Shown one piece after another: positions 29,901-41,900 of a stretch of DNA of 64,000 nt (position 1 is the first letter of the stretch; each line of letters opens with the position of its first letter). The DNA is from Eledone cirrhosa (Eukaryota): the NCBI GenBank assembly GCA_964016885.1, contig OZ024740.1, forward strand, positions 11,284,001 to 11,348,000, given 5' to 3'. The position numbers were made by a program, and so were the translations under genes. The notes beneath the pieces were generated by a model. The model did no database searches. It saw nothing but the letters and a program-made list of their open reading frames with translations, and was not told the origin of the DNA.

Positions 29901-32900
29901 TTGGTAGTGATGTTGTTGTTGTTGGTAGTGATGTTGTTGTTGTTGGAGGTAGTGATGTTGTTGTTATTGTTGTTGGTAGTGATATTGTTGTTGTTGGAGG
30001 TAGTGATGTTGGTGTTGTTGGAGGTAGTGATGTTGTTGTTGTTGGAAGTAGTGATGTTTTTGTTGTTGTTTGTCGTAATGTTGTTGTTGGAAGTAGTGAT
30101 GTTGTTGTTGTTGGAAGTAGTGATGTTGTTGTTGTTGGTAGTGATGTTGTTGTTGTTGGAAGTAGTGATGTTGTTGTTGTTGTTGTAGGTAGTGATGTTG
30201 TTGTTGTTGGAAGTAGTGATGTTGTTGTTGTTGTTGGTAGTGATGTTGTTGTTGTTGTTGGTAGTAATGTTGTTGTTGTTGGTCGTGATGTTGTTGTTGT
30301 TGTTGGAAGTAGTGATGTTGTTGTTGTTGTTGTTGGTAGTAATGTTGTTGTTGTTGGAGGTAGTGATGTTGTTGTTGTTGGTAGTGATGTTGTTGTTGTT
30401 GTAGGTAGTGATGTTGTTGTTGTTGGAGGTAGTGATGTTGTTGTTGGAGGTAGTGATGTTGTTGTTGTTGGAGGTAGTAATGTTGTTGTTGTTGGAGGTA
30501 GTGATGTTGTTGTTGTTGTTGTTGGTAGTGATGTTGTTGTTGTTGGTAGTGATGTTGTTGTTGTTGGTAGTAATGTTGTTGTTGTTGGAGGTAGTGATGT
30601 TGTTGTTGTTGGAGGTAGTGATGTTGTTGTTGTTGGTAGTGATGTTGTTGTTGTTGTTGTTGTTGGAGGTAGTGATGTTGTTGTCGTTGTTGGTAGTGAT
30701 GTTGTTGTTTTTGGAAGTAGTAATGTTGTTGTTGTTGGAGGTAGTAGTGTTGTTGTTGTTGTTGGTAGTGATGTTGTTGTTGTTGGAGGTAGTGATGTTG
30801 TTGTTGTTGTTAATGATGTTATTGTTGTTGGAGCTAGTGATGTTGTTGTTGTTGTTAGTGATGTTGTTGTTGTTGGAGGTAGTGATGTTGTTGTTGTTGG
30901 AGGTAGTGATTTTGTTGTTGTTGGAGGTAGTGATGTTGTTGTTGTTGGGGGTAGTGATGTTGTTGTTGTTGGGGGTAGTGATGTTGTTGTTGTTGGAGGT
31001 AGTGATGTTGTTGTTGTTGGTAGTGATGTTGTTGTTGTTGGAGGTAGTGATGTTGTTGTTGTTGGAGGTAGTGATGTTGTTGTTGTTGTTGTTGGTAGTG
31101 ATGTTGTTGTTGTTGGAGGTAGTGATGTTGTTGTTGGAGGTAGTGATGTCGTTGTTGTTGGAGGTAGTGGTGTTGTTGTTGTTGTTGGAAGTAGTAATGT
31201 TGTTGTTGTTGGAGGTAGTAGTGTTGTTGTTGTTGTTGGTAGTGATGTTGTTGTTGTTGGAGGTAGTGATGTTGTTGTTGTTGTTACTGATGTTATTGTT
31301 GTTGGAGCTAGTGATGGTGTTGTTGTTGTTAGTGATGTTGTTGTTGTTGTTGGAGCTAGTGATGTTGTTGTTGTTGTTGTTGTTGGTAGTGCTGCTGTTG
31401 TTGTTGGAGGTAGTGATGTTGTTGTTGTTGGAGGTAGTGATGTTGTTGTTGTTGTTGGTAGTGATGTTGTTGTTGTTGGAGGTAGTGATGTTGTTGTTGT
31501 TGGTAGTGATGTTGTTGTTGTTGGAGGTAGTGATGTTGTTGTTGTTGGTAGTGATGTTGTTGTTGGAGGTAGTGATGCTGTTGTTGGAGGTAGTGATGTT
31601 GTTGTTGTTGTTGGTAGTGATGTTGTTGTTTTGGTAGTGATGTTGTTGTTGTTGTTGGTAGTGATGTTGTTGTTGTTGGAGGTAGTGATGTTGTTGTTGT
31701 TGGAGGTAGAGATGTTGTTGTTATTGTTGTTGCTATTAATGTTGTTGTTGTTGGAGGTAGTGATGTTGTTGTTCTAGGAGGTAGTTTTGTTGTTGTTGGA
31801 GGTAGTGATGTTGTTGTTGGTGGTAGTGATGTTGTTGTTGTTGGAGGTAGTGATGTAGTTGTTGTTGGTAGTGATGTTGTTGTTGTTGTTGGAGGTAGTG
31901 ATGTTGTTGTTGTTGGAGGTAGTGATGTTGTTGTTGGGGGGTAGTGATGTTGTTGTTGTTGGAGGTAGTGATGTTGTTGGTGTTGGAAGTAGTGATGTTG
32001 TTGTTGTTGGAGGTAGTGATTTTGTTGATGTTGGAGGTGGTGATGTTGTTGTTGTTGGTAGTGATGTTGTTGTTGTTGGAGGTAGTGATGTTGTTGTTGT
32101 TGTTAAAGATGTTATTGTTGTTGGAGCTAGTGATGTTGTTGTTGTTGTTAGTGATGTTGTTGTTGTTGGAGGTAGTGATGTTGTTGTTGTTGGAGGTAGT
32201 GATTTTGTTGTTGTTGGAGGTAGTGATGTTGTTGTTGTTGGGGGTAGTGATGTTGTTGTTGTTGGGGGGTAGTGATGTTGTTGTTGTTGGAGGTAGTGAT
32301 GTTGTTGTTGTTGGTAGTGATGTTGTTGTTGTTGGAGGTAGTGATGTTGTTGTTGTTGTTGTTGTTGGTAGTGATGTTGTTGTTGTTGGAGGTAGTGATG
32401 TTGTTGTTGGAGGTAGTGATGTCGTTGTTGTTGGAGGTAGTGGTGTTGTTGTTGTTGTTGTTGTTGGAAGTAGTAATGTTGTTGTTGTTGGAGGTAGTAG
32501 TGTTGTTGTTGTTGTTGGTAGTGATGGTGTTGTTGTTGTTAGTGATGTTGTTGTTGTTGGAGGTAGTGATGTTGTTGTTGTTGGTAATGATGTTGTTGTT
32601 GGAAGTAGTGTTGTTGTTGTTGTTGTTGGTAGTGATGTTGTTGTTGTTGGTAGTGATGTTGTTGTTGGAGGTAGTGATGTTGTTGTTGTTGTTGGTAGTG
32701 ATGTTGTTGTTTTGGTAGTGATGTTGTTGTTGTTGTTGGTAGTGATGTTGTTGTTGTTGGAGGTAGTGAAATTGTTGTTGTTGGAGGTAGTGATGTTGTT
32801 GTTGTTGGAGGTAGTGATGTTGTTGTTATTGGAGGTAGTGATGTTGTTGTTGTTGTTGTTGTTGGAGGTAGAGATGTTGTTGTTATTGTTGTTGGTATTA

Positions 32901-35900
32901 ATGTTGTTGTTGTTGGAGGTAGTGATGTTGTTGTTCTAGGAGGTAGTTTTGTTGTTGTTGGAGGTAGTGATGTTGTTGTTGGTGGTAGTGATGTTGTTGT
33001 TGTTGGAGGTAGTGATGTAGTTGTTGTTGGTAGTGATGTTGTTGTTGTTGGAGGTAGTGATGTTGTTGTTGTTGGAGGTAGTGATGTTGTTGTTGTTGTT
33101 GGTAGTGATGTTGTTGTTGTTGGAGGTAGTGATGTTGTTGTTGTTGGTAGTGATGTTGTTGTTGTTGGAGGTAGTGATGTTGTTGTTGTTGTTGGTAGTG
33201 ATGTTGTTGTTGTTGTTGGAGGTAGTGATGTTGTTGTTGTTGGAGGTAGTGATGTTGTTGTTGTTGGAGGTAGTGTGGTCGTTGTTGTTGGAGGTAGTGA
33301 TATTGTTGTTGTTGGAGGTAGTGATGTTGTTGTTGTTGGAGGTAGTGATGTTGTTGTTGTTGGTAGTGATGTTGTTGTTGTTGGAAGTAGTGATGTTGTT
33401 GTTGTTGGTAGTGATGTTGTTGTTGTTGGAAGTAGTGATGTTGTTGTTGTTGTTGGTAGTGATGTTGTTGTTGTTGTTGGTAGTGATGTTGTTGTTGTTG
33501 TTGGTAGTGATGTTGTTGTTGTTGTTGGTAGTGATGTTGTTGTTGTTGGTAGTGATGTTGTTGTTGTTGGAGGTAGTGATGTTGTTGTAATTGTTGTTGG
33601 TAGTGATATTGTTGTTGTTGGAGGTAGTGATGTTGGTGTTGTTGGAGGTAGTGATGTTGTTGTTGTTGGAAGTAGTGATGTTGTTGTTGTTGTTGGTCGT
33701 AATGTTGTTGTTCGAAGTAGTGATGTTGTTGTTGTTGGAAGTAGTGATTTTGTTGTTGTTGGTAGTGATGTTGTTGTTGTTGGAAGTAGTGATGTTGTTG
33801 TTGTTGTTGTAGGTAGTGATGTTGTTGTTGTTGGAAGTAGTGATGTTGTTGTTGTTGGTAGTGATGTTGTTGTTGTTGGTAGTAATGTTGTTGTTGTTGT
33901 TGGTCGTGATGTTGTTGTTGGAAGTAGTGATGTTGTTGTTGTTGTTGTTGGTAGTAATGTTGTTGTTGTTGGAGGTAGTGATTTTGTTGTTGTTGGTAGT
34001 GATGTTGTTGTTGTTGTAGGTAGTGATGTTGTTGTTGTTGTTGTTGGAGGTAGTGATGTTGTTGTTGGAGGTAGTGATGTTGTTGTTGTTGGAGGTAGTA
34101 ATGTTGTTGTTGTTGTTGTTGGTAGTGATGTTGTTGTTGTTGGTAGTGATGTTGTTGTTGTTGGTAGTAATGTTGTTGTTGTTGGAGGTAGTGATGTTGT
34201 TGTTGTTGGAGGTAGTGATGTTGTTGTTGTTGGTAGTGATGTTGTTGTTGTTGTTGTTGGAGGTAGTGATGTTGTTGTTGTTGTTACTGATGTTTTTGTT
34301 GTTGGAGCTAGTGATGTTGTTGTTGTTGTTAGTGATGTTGTTGTTGTTGGAGGTAGTGATGTTGTTGTTGTTGGTAATGATGTTGTTGTTGGAAGTAGTG
34401 TTGTTGTTGTTGTTGGTAGTGATGTTGTTGTTGTTGGTAGTGATGTTGTTGTTGGAGGTAGTGATGTTGTTGTTGTTGTTGGTAGTGATGTTGTTGTTTT
34501 GGTAGTGATGTTGTTGTTGTTGTTGGTAGTGATGTTGTTGTTGTTGGAGGTAGTGAAATTGTTGTTGTTGGAGGTAGTGATGTTGTTGTTGTTGGAGGTA
34601 GTGATGTTGTTGTTATTGGAGGTAGTGATGTTGTTGTTGTTGTTGTTGTTGGAGGTAGAGATGTTGTTGTTATTGTTGTTGGTATTAATGTTGTTGTTGT
34701 TGGAGGTAGTGATGTTGTTGTTGTTGGTAGTGATGTTGTTGTTGTTGGAGGTAGTGATGTTGTTGTTGTTGTTGTTGGTAGTGATGTTGTTGTTGTTGGA
34801 GGTAGTGATGTTGTTGTTGTTGTTGGTAGTGATGTTGTTGTTGTTGGTAGTGATGTTGTTGTTGTTGGAAGTAGTGATGTTGTTGTTGGTAGTGATGTTG
34901 TTGTTGTTGGAAGTAGTGATGTTGTTGTTGTTGTTGGTAGTGATGTTGTTGTTGTTGTTGGTAGTGATGTTGTTGTTGTTGTTGGTAGTGGTGTTGTTGT
35001 TGTTGGTAGTGATGTTGTTGTTGTTGGAGGTAGTGATGTTGTTGTTATTGTTGTTGGTAGTGATATTGTTGTTGTTGGAGGTAGTGATGTTGGTGTTGTT
35101 GGAGGTAGTGATGTTGTTGTTGTTGGAAGTAGTGATGTTGTTGTTGTTGTTGGTCGTAATGTTGTTGTTCGAAGTAGTGATGTTGTTGTTGTTGGAAGTA
35201 GTGATGTTGTTGTTGTTGGTAGTGATGTTGTTGTTGGAAATAGTGATGTTGTTGTTGTTGTTGTAGGTAGTGATGTTGTTGTTGTTGGAAGTAGTGATGT
35301 TGTTGTTGTTGTTGGTAGTGATGTTTTTGTTGTTGGTAGTAATGTTGTTGTTGTTGTTGGTCGTGATGTTGTTGTTGGAAGTAGTGATGTTGTTGTTGTT
35401 GTTGTTGGTAGTAATGTTGTTGTTGTTGGAGGTAGTGATTTTGTTGTTGTTGGTAGTGATGTTGTTGTTGTTGTAGGTAGTGATGTTGTTGTTGTTGTTG
35501 TTGGTGGTAGTGATGTTGTTGTTGGAGGTAGTGATGTTGTTGTTGTTGGAGGTAGTAATGTTGTTGTTGTTGTTGGAGGTAGTGATGTTGTTGTTGTTGT
35601 TGTTGGTAGTGATGTTGTTGTTGTTGGTATTGATGTTGTTGTTGTTGGTAGTAATGTTGTTGTTGTTGGAGGTAGTGATGTTGTTGTTGTTGGAGGTAGT
35701 GATGTTGTTGTTGTTGGTAGTGATGTTGTTGTTGTTGTTGTTGTTGGAGGTAGTGATGTTGTTGTTGTTGTTGGTAGTGATGTTGTTGTTGTTGTCGGTA
35801 GTGATGTTGTTGTTGTTGGAAGTAGTAATGTTGTTGTTGTTGGAGGTAGTAGTGTTGTTGTTGTTGTTGGTAGTGATGTTGTTGTTGTTGGAGGTAGTGA

Positions 35901-38900
35901 TGTTGTTGTTGTTGTTACTGATGTTTTTGTTGTTGGAGCTAGTGATGTTGTTGTTGTTGTTGTTAGTGATGTTGTTGTTGTTGGAGGTAGTGATGTTGTT
36001 GTTGTTGGTAATGATGTTGTTGTTGGAAGTAGTGTTGTTGTTGTTGTTGGTAGTGATGTTGTTGTTGTTGGTAGTGATGTTGTTGTTGGAGGTAGTGATG
36101 TTGTTGTTGTTGTTGGTAGTGATGTTGTTGTTTTGGTAGTGATGTTGTTGTTGTTGTTGGTAGTGATGTTGTTGTTGTTGGAGGTAGTGAAATTGTTGTT
36201 GTTGGAGGTAGTGATGTTGTTGTTGTTGGAGGTAGTGATGTTGTTGTTATTGGAGGTAGTGATATTGTTGTTGTTGTTGTTGTTGGAGGTAGAGATGTTG
36301 TTGTTATTGTTGTTGGTATTAATGTTGTTGTTGTTGGAGGTAGTGATGTTGTTGTTCTAGGAGGTAGTTTTGTTGTTGTTGGAGGTAGTGATGTTGTTGT
36401 TGGTGGTAGTGATGTTGTTGTTGTTGGAGGTAGTGATGTAGTTGTTGTTGGTAGTGATGTTGTTGTTGTTGGAGGTAGTGATGTTGTTGTTGTTGGAGGT
36501 AGTGATGTTGTTGTTGGGGGTAGTAATGTTGTTGTTGTTGGAGGTAGTGATGTTGTTGGTGTTGGAAGTTGTGATGTTGTTGTTGTTGGAGGTAGTGATT
36601 TTGTTGTTGTTGGAGGTGGTGATGTTGTTGATTGTTGGTAGTGATGTTGTTGTTGTTGGAAATAGTGATGTTGTTGTTGGAGGTAGTGATGCTGTTGTCG
36701 TTGGAGGTAGTGATGTTGTTGTTGTTGGAGGTAGTGATGTTGTTGTTGTTGTTGTTGGAGGTAGTGATGTTGTTGTTTTGGTAGTGATGTTGTTGTTGTT
36801 GGAGGTAGTGATGTTGTTGTTGTTGTTGTTGGTAGTGATGTTGTTGTTGTTGGAGGTAGTGATGTTGTTGTTGTTGTTGGTAGTGAAGTGATTTGTTGTT
36901 GTTTTTGGTATTGATGTTGTTGTTGGTAGTGATGTTGTTGTTGGAGCTAGTGATGTTGTTGTTGTTGGTAGTGATGTTGTTGTTGTTGGAGGTAGTGATG
37001 TTCTTGTTGTTGTTAGTGATGTTGTTGTTGTTGTCGGTAGTTATGTTGTTGTTGTTGGAGGTAGTGATGTTTTTGTTGTTGTTGGTAGTGATGTTGCTGT
37101 TGTTGGTAGTGATGTTGTTGTTGTTGGAAGTAGTGATGTTGTTGTTGTTGTTGGTAGTGATGTTGTTGTTGTTGTAATTAGTGATGTTGTTGTTGTTGGT
37201 AGTTATGTTGTTGTTGTTGTTGGTAGTGATGTTGTTGTTGTTGTTGGTAGTGATGTTGTTGTTGTTGTTGTTGGTAGTGATGTTGTTGTTGTTGGTAGTG
37301 ATGTTGTTGTTGTTGGAGGTAGTGATGTTGTTGTTATTGTTGTTGGTAGTGATATTGTTGTTGTTGGAGGTAGTGATGTTGGTGTTGTTGGAGGTAGTGA
37401 TGTTGTTGTTGTTGGAAGTAGTGATGTTTTTGTTGTTGTTTGTCGTAATGTTGTTGTTGGAGGTAGTGATGTTGTTGTTGTTGGAAGTAGTGATGTTGTT
37501 GTTGTTGGTAGTGATGTTGTTGTTGTTGGAAGTAGTGATGTTGTTGTTGTTGTTGTAGGTAGTGATGTTGTTGTTGTTGGAAGTAGTGATGTTGTTGTTG
37601 TTGTTGGTAGTGATGTTGTTGTTGTTGTTGGTAGTAATGTTGTTGTTGTTGGTCGTGATGTTGTTGTTGTTGTTGGAAGTAGTGATGTTGTTGTTGTTGT
37701 TGTTGGTAGTAATGTTGTTGTTGTTGGAGGTAGTGATGTTGTTGTTGTTGGTAGTGATGTTGTTGTTGTTGTAGGTAGTGATGTTGTTGTTGTTGGAGGT
37801 AGTGATGTTGTTGTTGGAGGTAGTGATGTTGTTGTTGTTGGAGGTAGTAATGTTGTTGTTGTTGGAGGTAGTGATGTTGTTGTTGTTGTTGTTGGTAGTG
37901 ATGTTGTTGTTGTTGGTAGTGATGTTGTTGTTGTTGGTAGTAATGTTGTTGTTGTTGGAGGTAGTGATGTTGTTGTTGTTGGAGGTAGTGATGTTGTTGT
38001 TGTTGGTAGTGATGTTGTTGTTGTTGTTGTTGTTGGAGGTAGTGATGTTGTTGTCGTTGTTGGTAGTGATGTTGTTGTTTTTGGAAGTAGTAATGTTGTT
38101 GTTGTTGGAGGTAGTAGTGTTGTTGTTGTTGTTGGTAGTGATGTTGTTGTTGTTGGAGGTAGTGATGTTGTTGTTGTTGTTAATGATGTTATTGTTGTTG
38201 GAGCTAGTGATGTTGTTGTTGTTGTTAGTGATGTTGTTGTTGTTGGAGGTAGTGATGTTGTTGTTGTTGGAGGTAGTGATTTTGTTGTTGTTGGAGGTAG
38301 TGATGTTGTTGTTGTTGGGGGTAGTGATGTTGTTGTTGTTGGGGGTAGTGATGTTGTTGTTGTTGGAGGTAGTGATGTTGTTGTTGTTGGTAGTGATGTT
38401 GTTGTTGTTGGAGGTAGTGATGTTGTTGTTGTTGGAGGTAGTGATGTTGTTGTTGTTGTTGTTGGTAGTGATGTTGTTGTTGTTGGAGGTAGTGATGTTG
38501 TTGTTGGAGGTAGTGATGTCGTTGTTGTTGGAGGTAGTGGTGTTGTTGTTGTTGTTGGAAGTAGTAATGTTGTTGTTGTTGGAGGTAGTAGTGTTGTTGT
38601 TGTTGTTGGTAGTGATGTTGTTGTTGTTGGAGGTAGTGATGTTGTTGTTGTTGTTACTGATGTTATTGTTGTTGGAGCTAGTGATGGTGTTGTTGTTGTT
38701 AGTGATGTTGTTGTTGTTGTTGGAGGTAGTGATGTTGTTGTTGTTGTTGTTGTTGGTAGTGCTGCTGTTGTTGTTGGAGGTAGTGATGTTGTTGTTGTTG
38801 GAGGTAGTGATGTTGTTGTTGTTGTTGGTAGTGATGTTGTTGTTGTTGGAGGTAGTGATGTTGTTGTTGTTGGTAGTGATGTTGTTGTTGTTGGAGGTAG

Positions 38901-41900
38901 TGATGTTGTTGTTGTTGGTAGTGATGTTGTTGTTGGAGGTAGTGATGCTGTTGTTGGAGGTAGTGATGTTGTTGTTGTTGTTGGTAGTGATGTTGTTGTT
39001 TTGGTAGTGATGTTGTTGTTGTTGTTGGTAGTGATGTTGTTGTTGTTGGAGGTAGTGAAATTGTTGTTGTTGGAGGTAGTGATGTTGTTGTTGTTGGAGG
39101 TAGAGATGTTGTTGTTATTGTTGTTGGTATTAATGTTGTTGTTGTTGGAGGTAGTGATGTTGTTGTTCTAGGAGGTAGTTTTGTTGTTGTTGGAGGTAGT
39201 GATGTTGTTGTTGGTGGTAGTGATGTTGTTGTTGTTGGAGGTAGTGATGTAGTTGTTGTTGGTAGTGATGTTGTTGTTGTTGTTGGAGGTAGTGATGTTG
39301 TTGTTGTTGGAGGTAGTGATGTTGTTGTTGGGGGGTAGTGATGTTGTTGTTGTTGGAGGTAGTGATGTTGTTGGTGTTGGAAGTAGTGATGTTGTTGTTG
39401 TTGGAGGTAGTGATTTTGTTGATGTTGGAGGTGGTGATGTTGTTGTTGTTGGTAGTGATGTTGTTGTTGTTGGAGGTAGTGATGTTGTTGTTGTTGTTAA
39501 AGATGTTATTGTTGTTGGAGCTAGTGATGTTGTTGTTGTTGTTAGTGATGTTGTTGTTGTTGGAGGTAGTGATGTTGTTGTTGTTGGAGGTAGTGATTTT
39601 GTTGTTGTTGGAGGTAGTGATGTTGTTGTTGTTGGGGGTAGTGATGTTGTTGTTGTTGGGGGGTAGTGATGTTGTTGTTGTTGGAGGTAGTGATGTTGTT
39701 GTTGTTGGTAGTGATGTTGTTGTTGTTGGAGGTAGTGATGTCGTTGTTGTTGGAGGTAGTGGTGTTGTTGTTGTTGTTGTTGTTGGAAGTAGTAATGTTG
39801 TTGTTGTTGGAGGTAGTAGTGTTGTTGTTGTTGTTGGTAGTGATGGTGTTGTTGTTGTTAGTGATGTTGTTGTTGTTGGAGGTAGTGATGTTGTTGTTGT
39901 TGGTAATGATGTTGTTGTTGGAAGTAGTGTTGTTGTTGTTGTTGTTGGTAGTGATGTTGTTGTTGTTGGTAGTGATGTTGTTGTTTTGGTAGTGATGTTG
40001 TTGTTGTTGTTGGTAGTGATGTTGTTGTTGTTGGAGGTAGTGAAATTGTTGTTGTTGGAGGTAGTGATGTTGTTGTTGTTGGAGGTAGTGATGTTGTTGT
40101 TATTGGAGGTAGTGATGTTGTTGTTATTGTTGTTGTTGGAGGTAGAGATGTTGTTGTTATTGTTGTTGGTATTAATGTTGTTGTTGTTGGAGGTAGTGAT
40201 GTTGTTGTTCTAGGAGGTAGTTTTGTTGTTGTTGGAGGTAGTGATGTTGTTGTTGGTGGTAGTGATGTTGTTGTTGTTGGAGGTAGTGATGTAGTTGTTG
40301 TTGGTAGTGATGTTGTTGTTGTTGGAGGTAGTGATGTTGTTGTTGTTGGAGGTAGTGATGTTGTTGTTGGGGGTAGTGATGTTGTTGGTGTTGGAAGTAG
40401 TGATGTTGTTGTTGTTGGAGGTAGTGATTTTGTTGTTGTTGGAGTTGGTGATGTTGTTGATTGTTGGTAGTGATGTTGTTGTTGTTGGAAATAGTGATGT
40501 TGTTGTTGGAGGTATTGATGTTGTTGTCGTTGGAGGTGGTGATGTTGTTGTTGTTGGAGGTAGTGATGTTGTTGTTGTTGTTGGTAGTGATGTTGTTGTT
40601 GTTGGAGGTAGTGATGTTGTTGTTTTGGTAGTGATGTTGTTGTTGTTGGAGGTAGTGATGTTGTTGTTGTTGGTATTGATGTTGTTGTTGTTGGTGGTAG
40701 TGATGTTGTTGTTGTTGTTGTTGGTAGTGATGTTGTTGTTGTTGGAGGTAGTGATGTTGTTGTTGTTGTTGGTAGTGATGTTGTTGTTGTTGGTAGTGAT
40801 GTTGTTGTTGTTGGAAGTAGTGATGTTGTTGTTGTTGTTGGTAGTGATGTTGTTGTTGTTGGAAGTAGTGATGTTGTTGTTGTTGTTGGTAGTGATGTTG
40901 TTGTTGTTGTTGGTAGTGATGTTGTTGTTGTTGTTGGTAGTGATGTTGTTGTTGTTGGTAGTGATGTTGTTGTTGGAGGTAGTGATGTTGTTGTTATTGT
41001 TTTTGGTAGTGATATTGTTGTTGTTGTTGGTAGTGATGTTGTTGTTGTTGGAGGTAGTGATGTTGTTGTTGTCGTTTGTCGTGATGTTGTTGTTGTTGTT
41101 GGAAATAGTGATGTTGTTGTTGTTGGAGGTAGTGATGTTGTTGTTGTTGGTAGTGATGTTGTTGTTGTTGGAGGTAGTGATGTTGTTGTTGTTGTTTGTC
41201 GTGATGTTGTTGTTGTTGTTGGAAATAGTGATGTTGTTGTTGTTGGAGGTAGTGATGTTGTTGTTGTTGGTAGTGATGTTGTTGTTGTTGGAGGTAGTGA
41301 TGTTGTTGTTGTTGTTGGTAGTGATGTTTTTGTTGTTGGAGGTAGTGATGTTGTTGTTGTTGGAGGTAGTGATGTTGTTGTTGTTGTTGGTAGTGATGTT
41401 GTTGTTGGAGATAGTGATGTTGTTGTTGTTGTTGGGAGTGATGTTGTTGTTGTTGGACGTAGTGATGTTGTTGTTGTTGGTAGTGATGTTGTTGTTGTTG
41501 GAGGTAATGATGTTGTTGTTGTTGTTGGTAGTGATGTTTTTGTTGTTGGAGGTAGTGATGTTGTTGTTGTTGGAGGTAGTGATGTTGTTGTTGTTGGTAG
41601 TGATGTTGTTGTTGTTGGAGATAGTGATGTTGTTGTTGGTAGTGATGTTGTTGTTGTTGGAGGTAGTGATGTTGTTGTTGGTAGTGATGTTGTTGTTGTT
41701 GGAGGTAGTGATGTTGTTGTTGTTGGTAGTGATGTTGTTGTTGTTGGAGGTAGTGATGTTGTTGTTGTTGGAGGTAGTGATGTTGTTGTTGTTGTTGTTG
41801 TTGTTGGTAGTGATGTTGTTGTTGTTGGAGGTAGTGATGTTGTTGTTGGAGGTAGTGATGTCGTTGTTGTTGGAGGTAGTAGTGTTGTTGTTGTTGTTGG

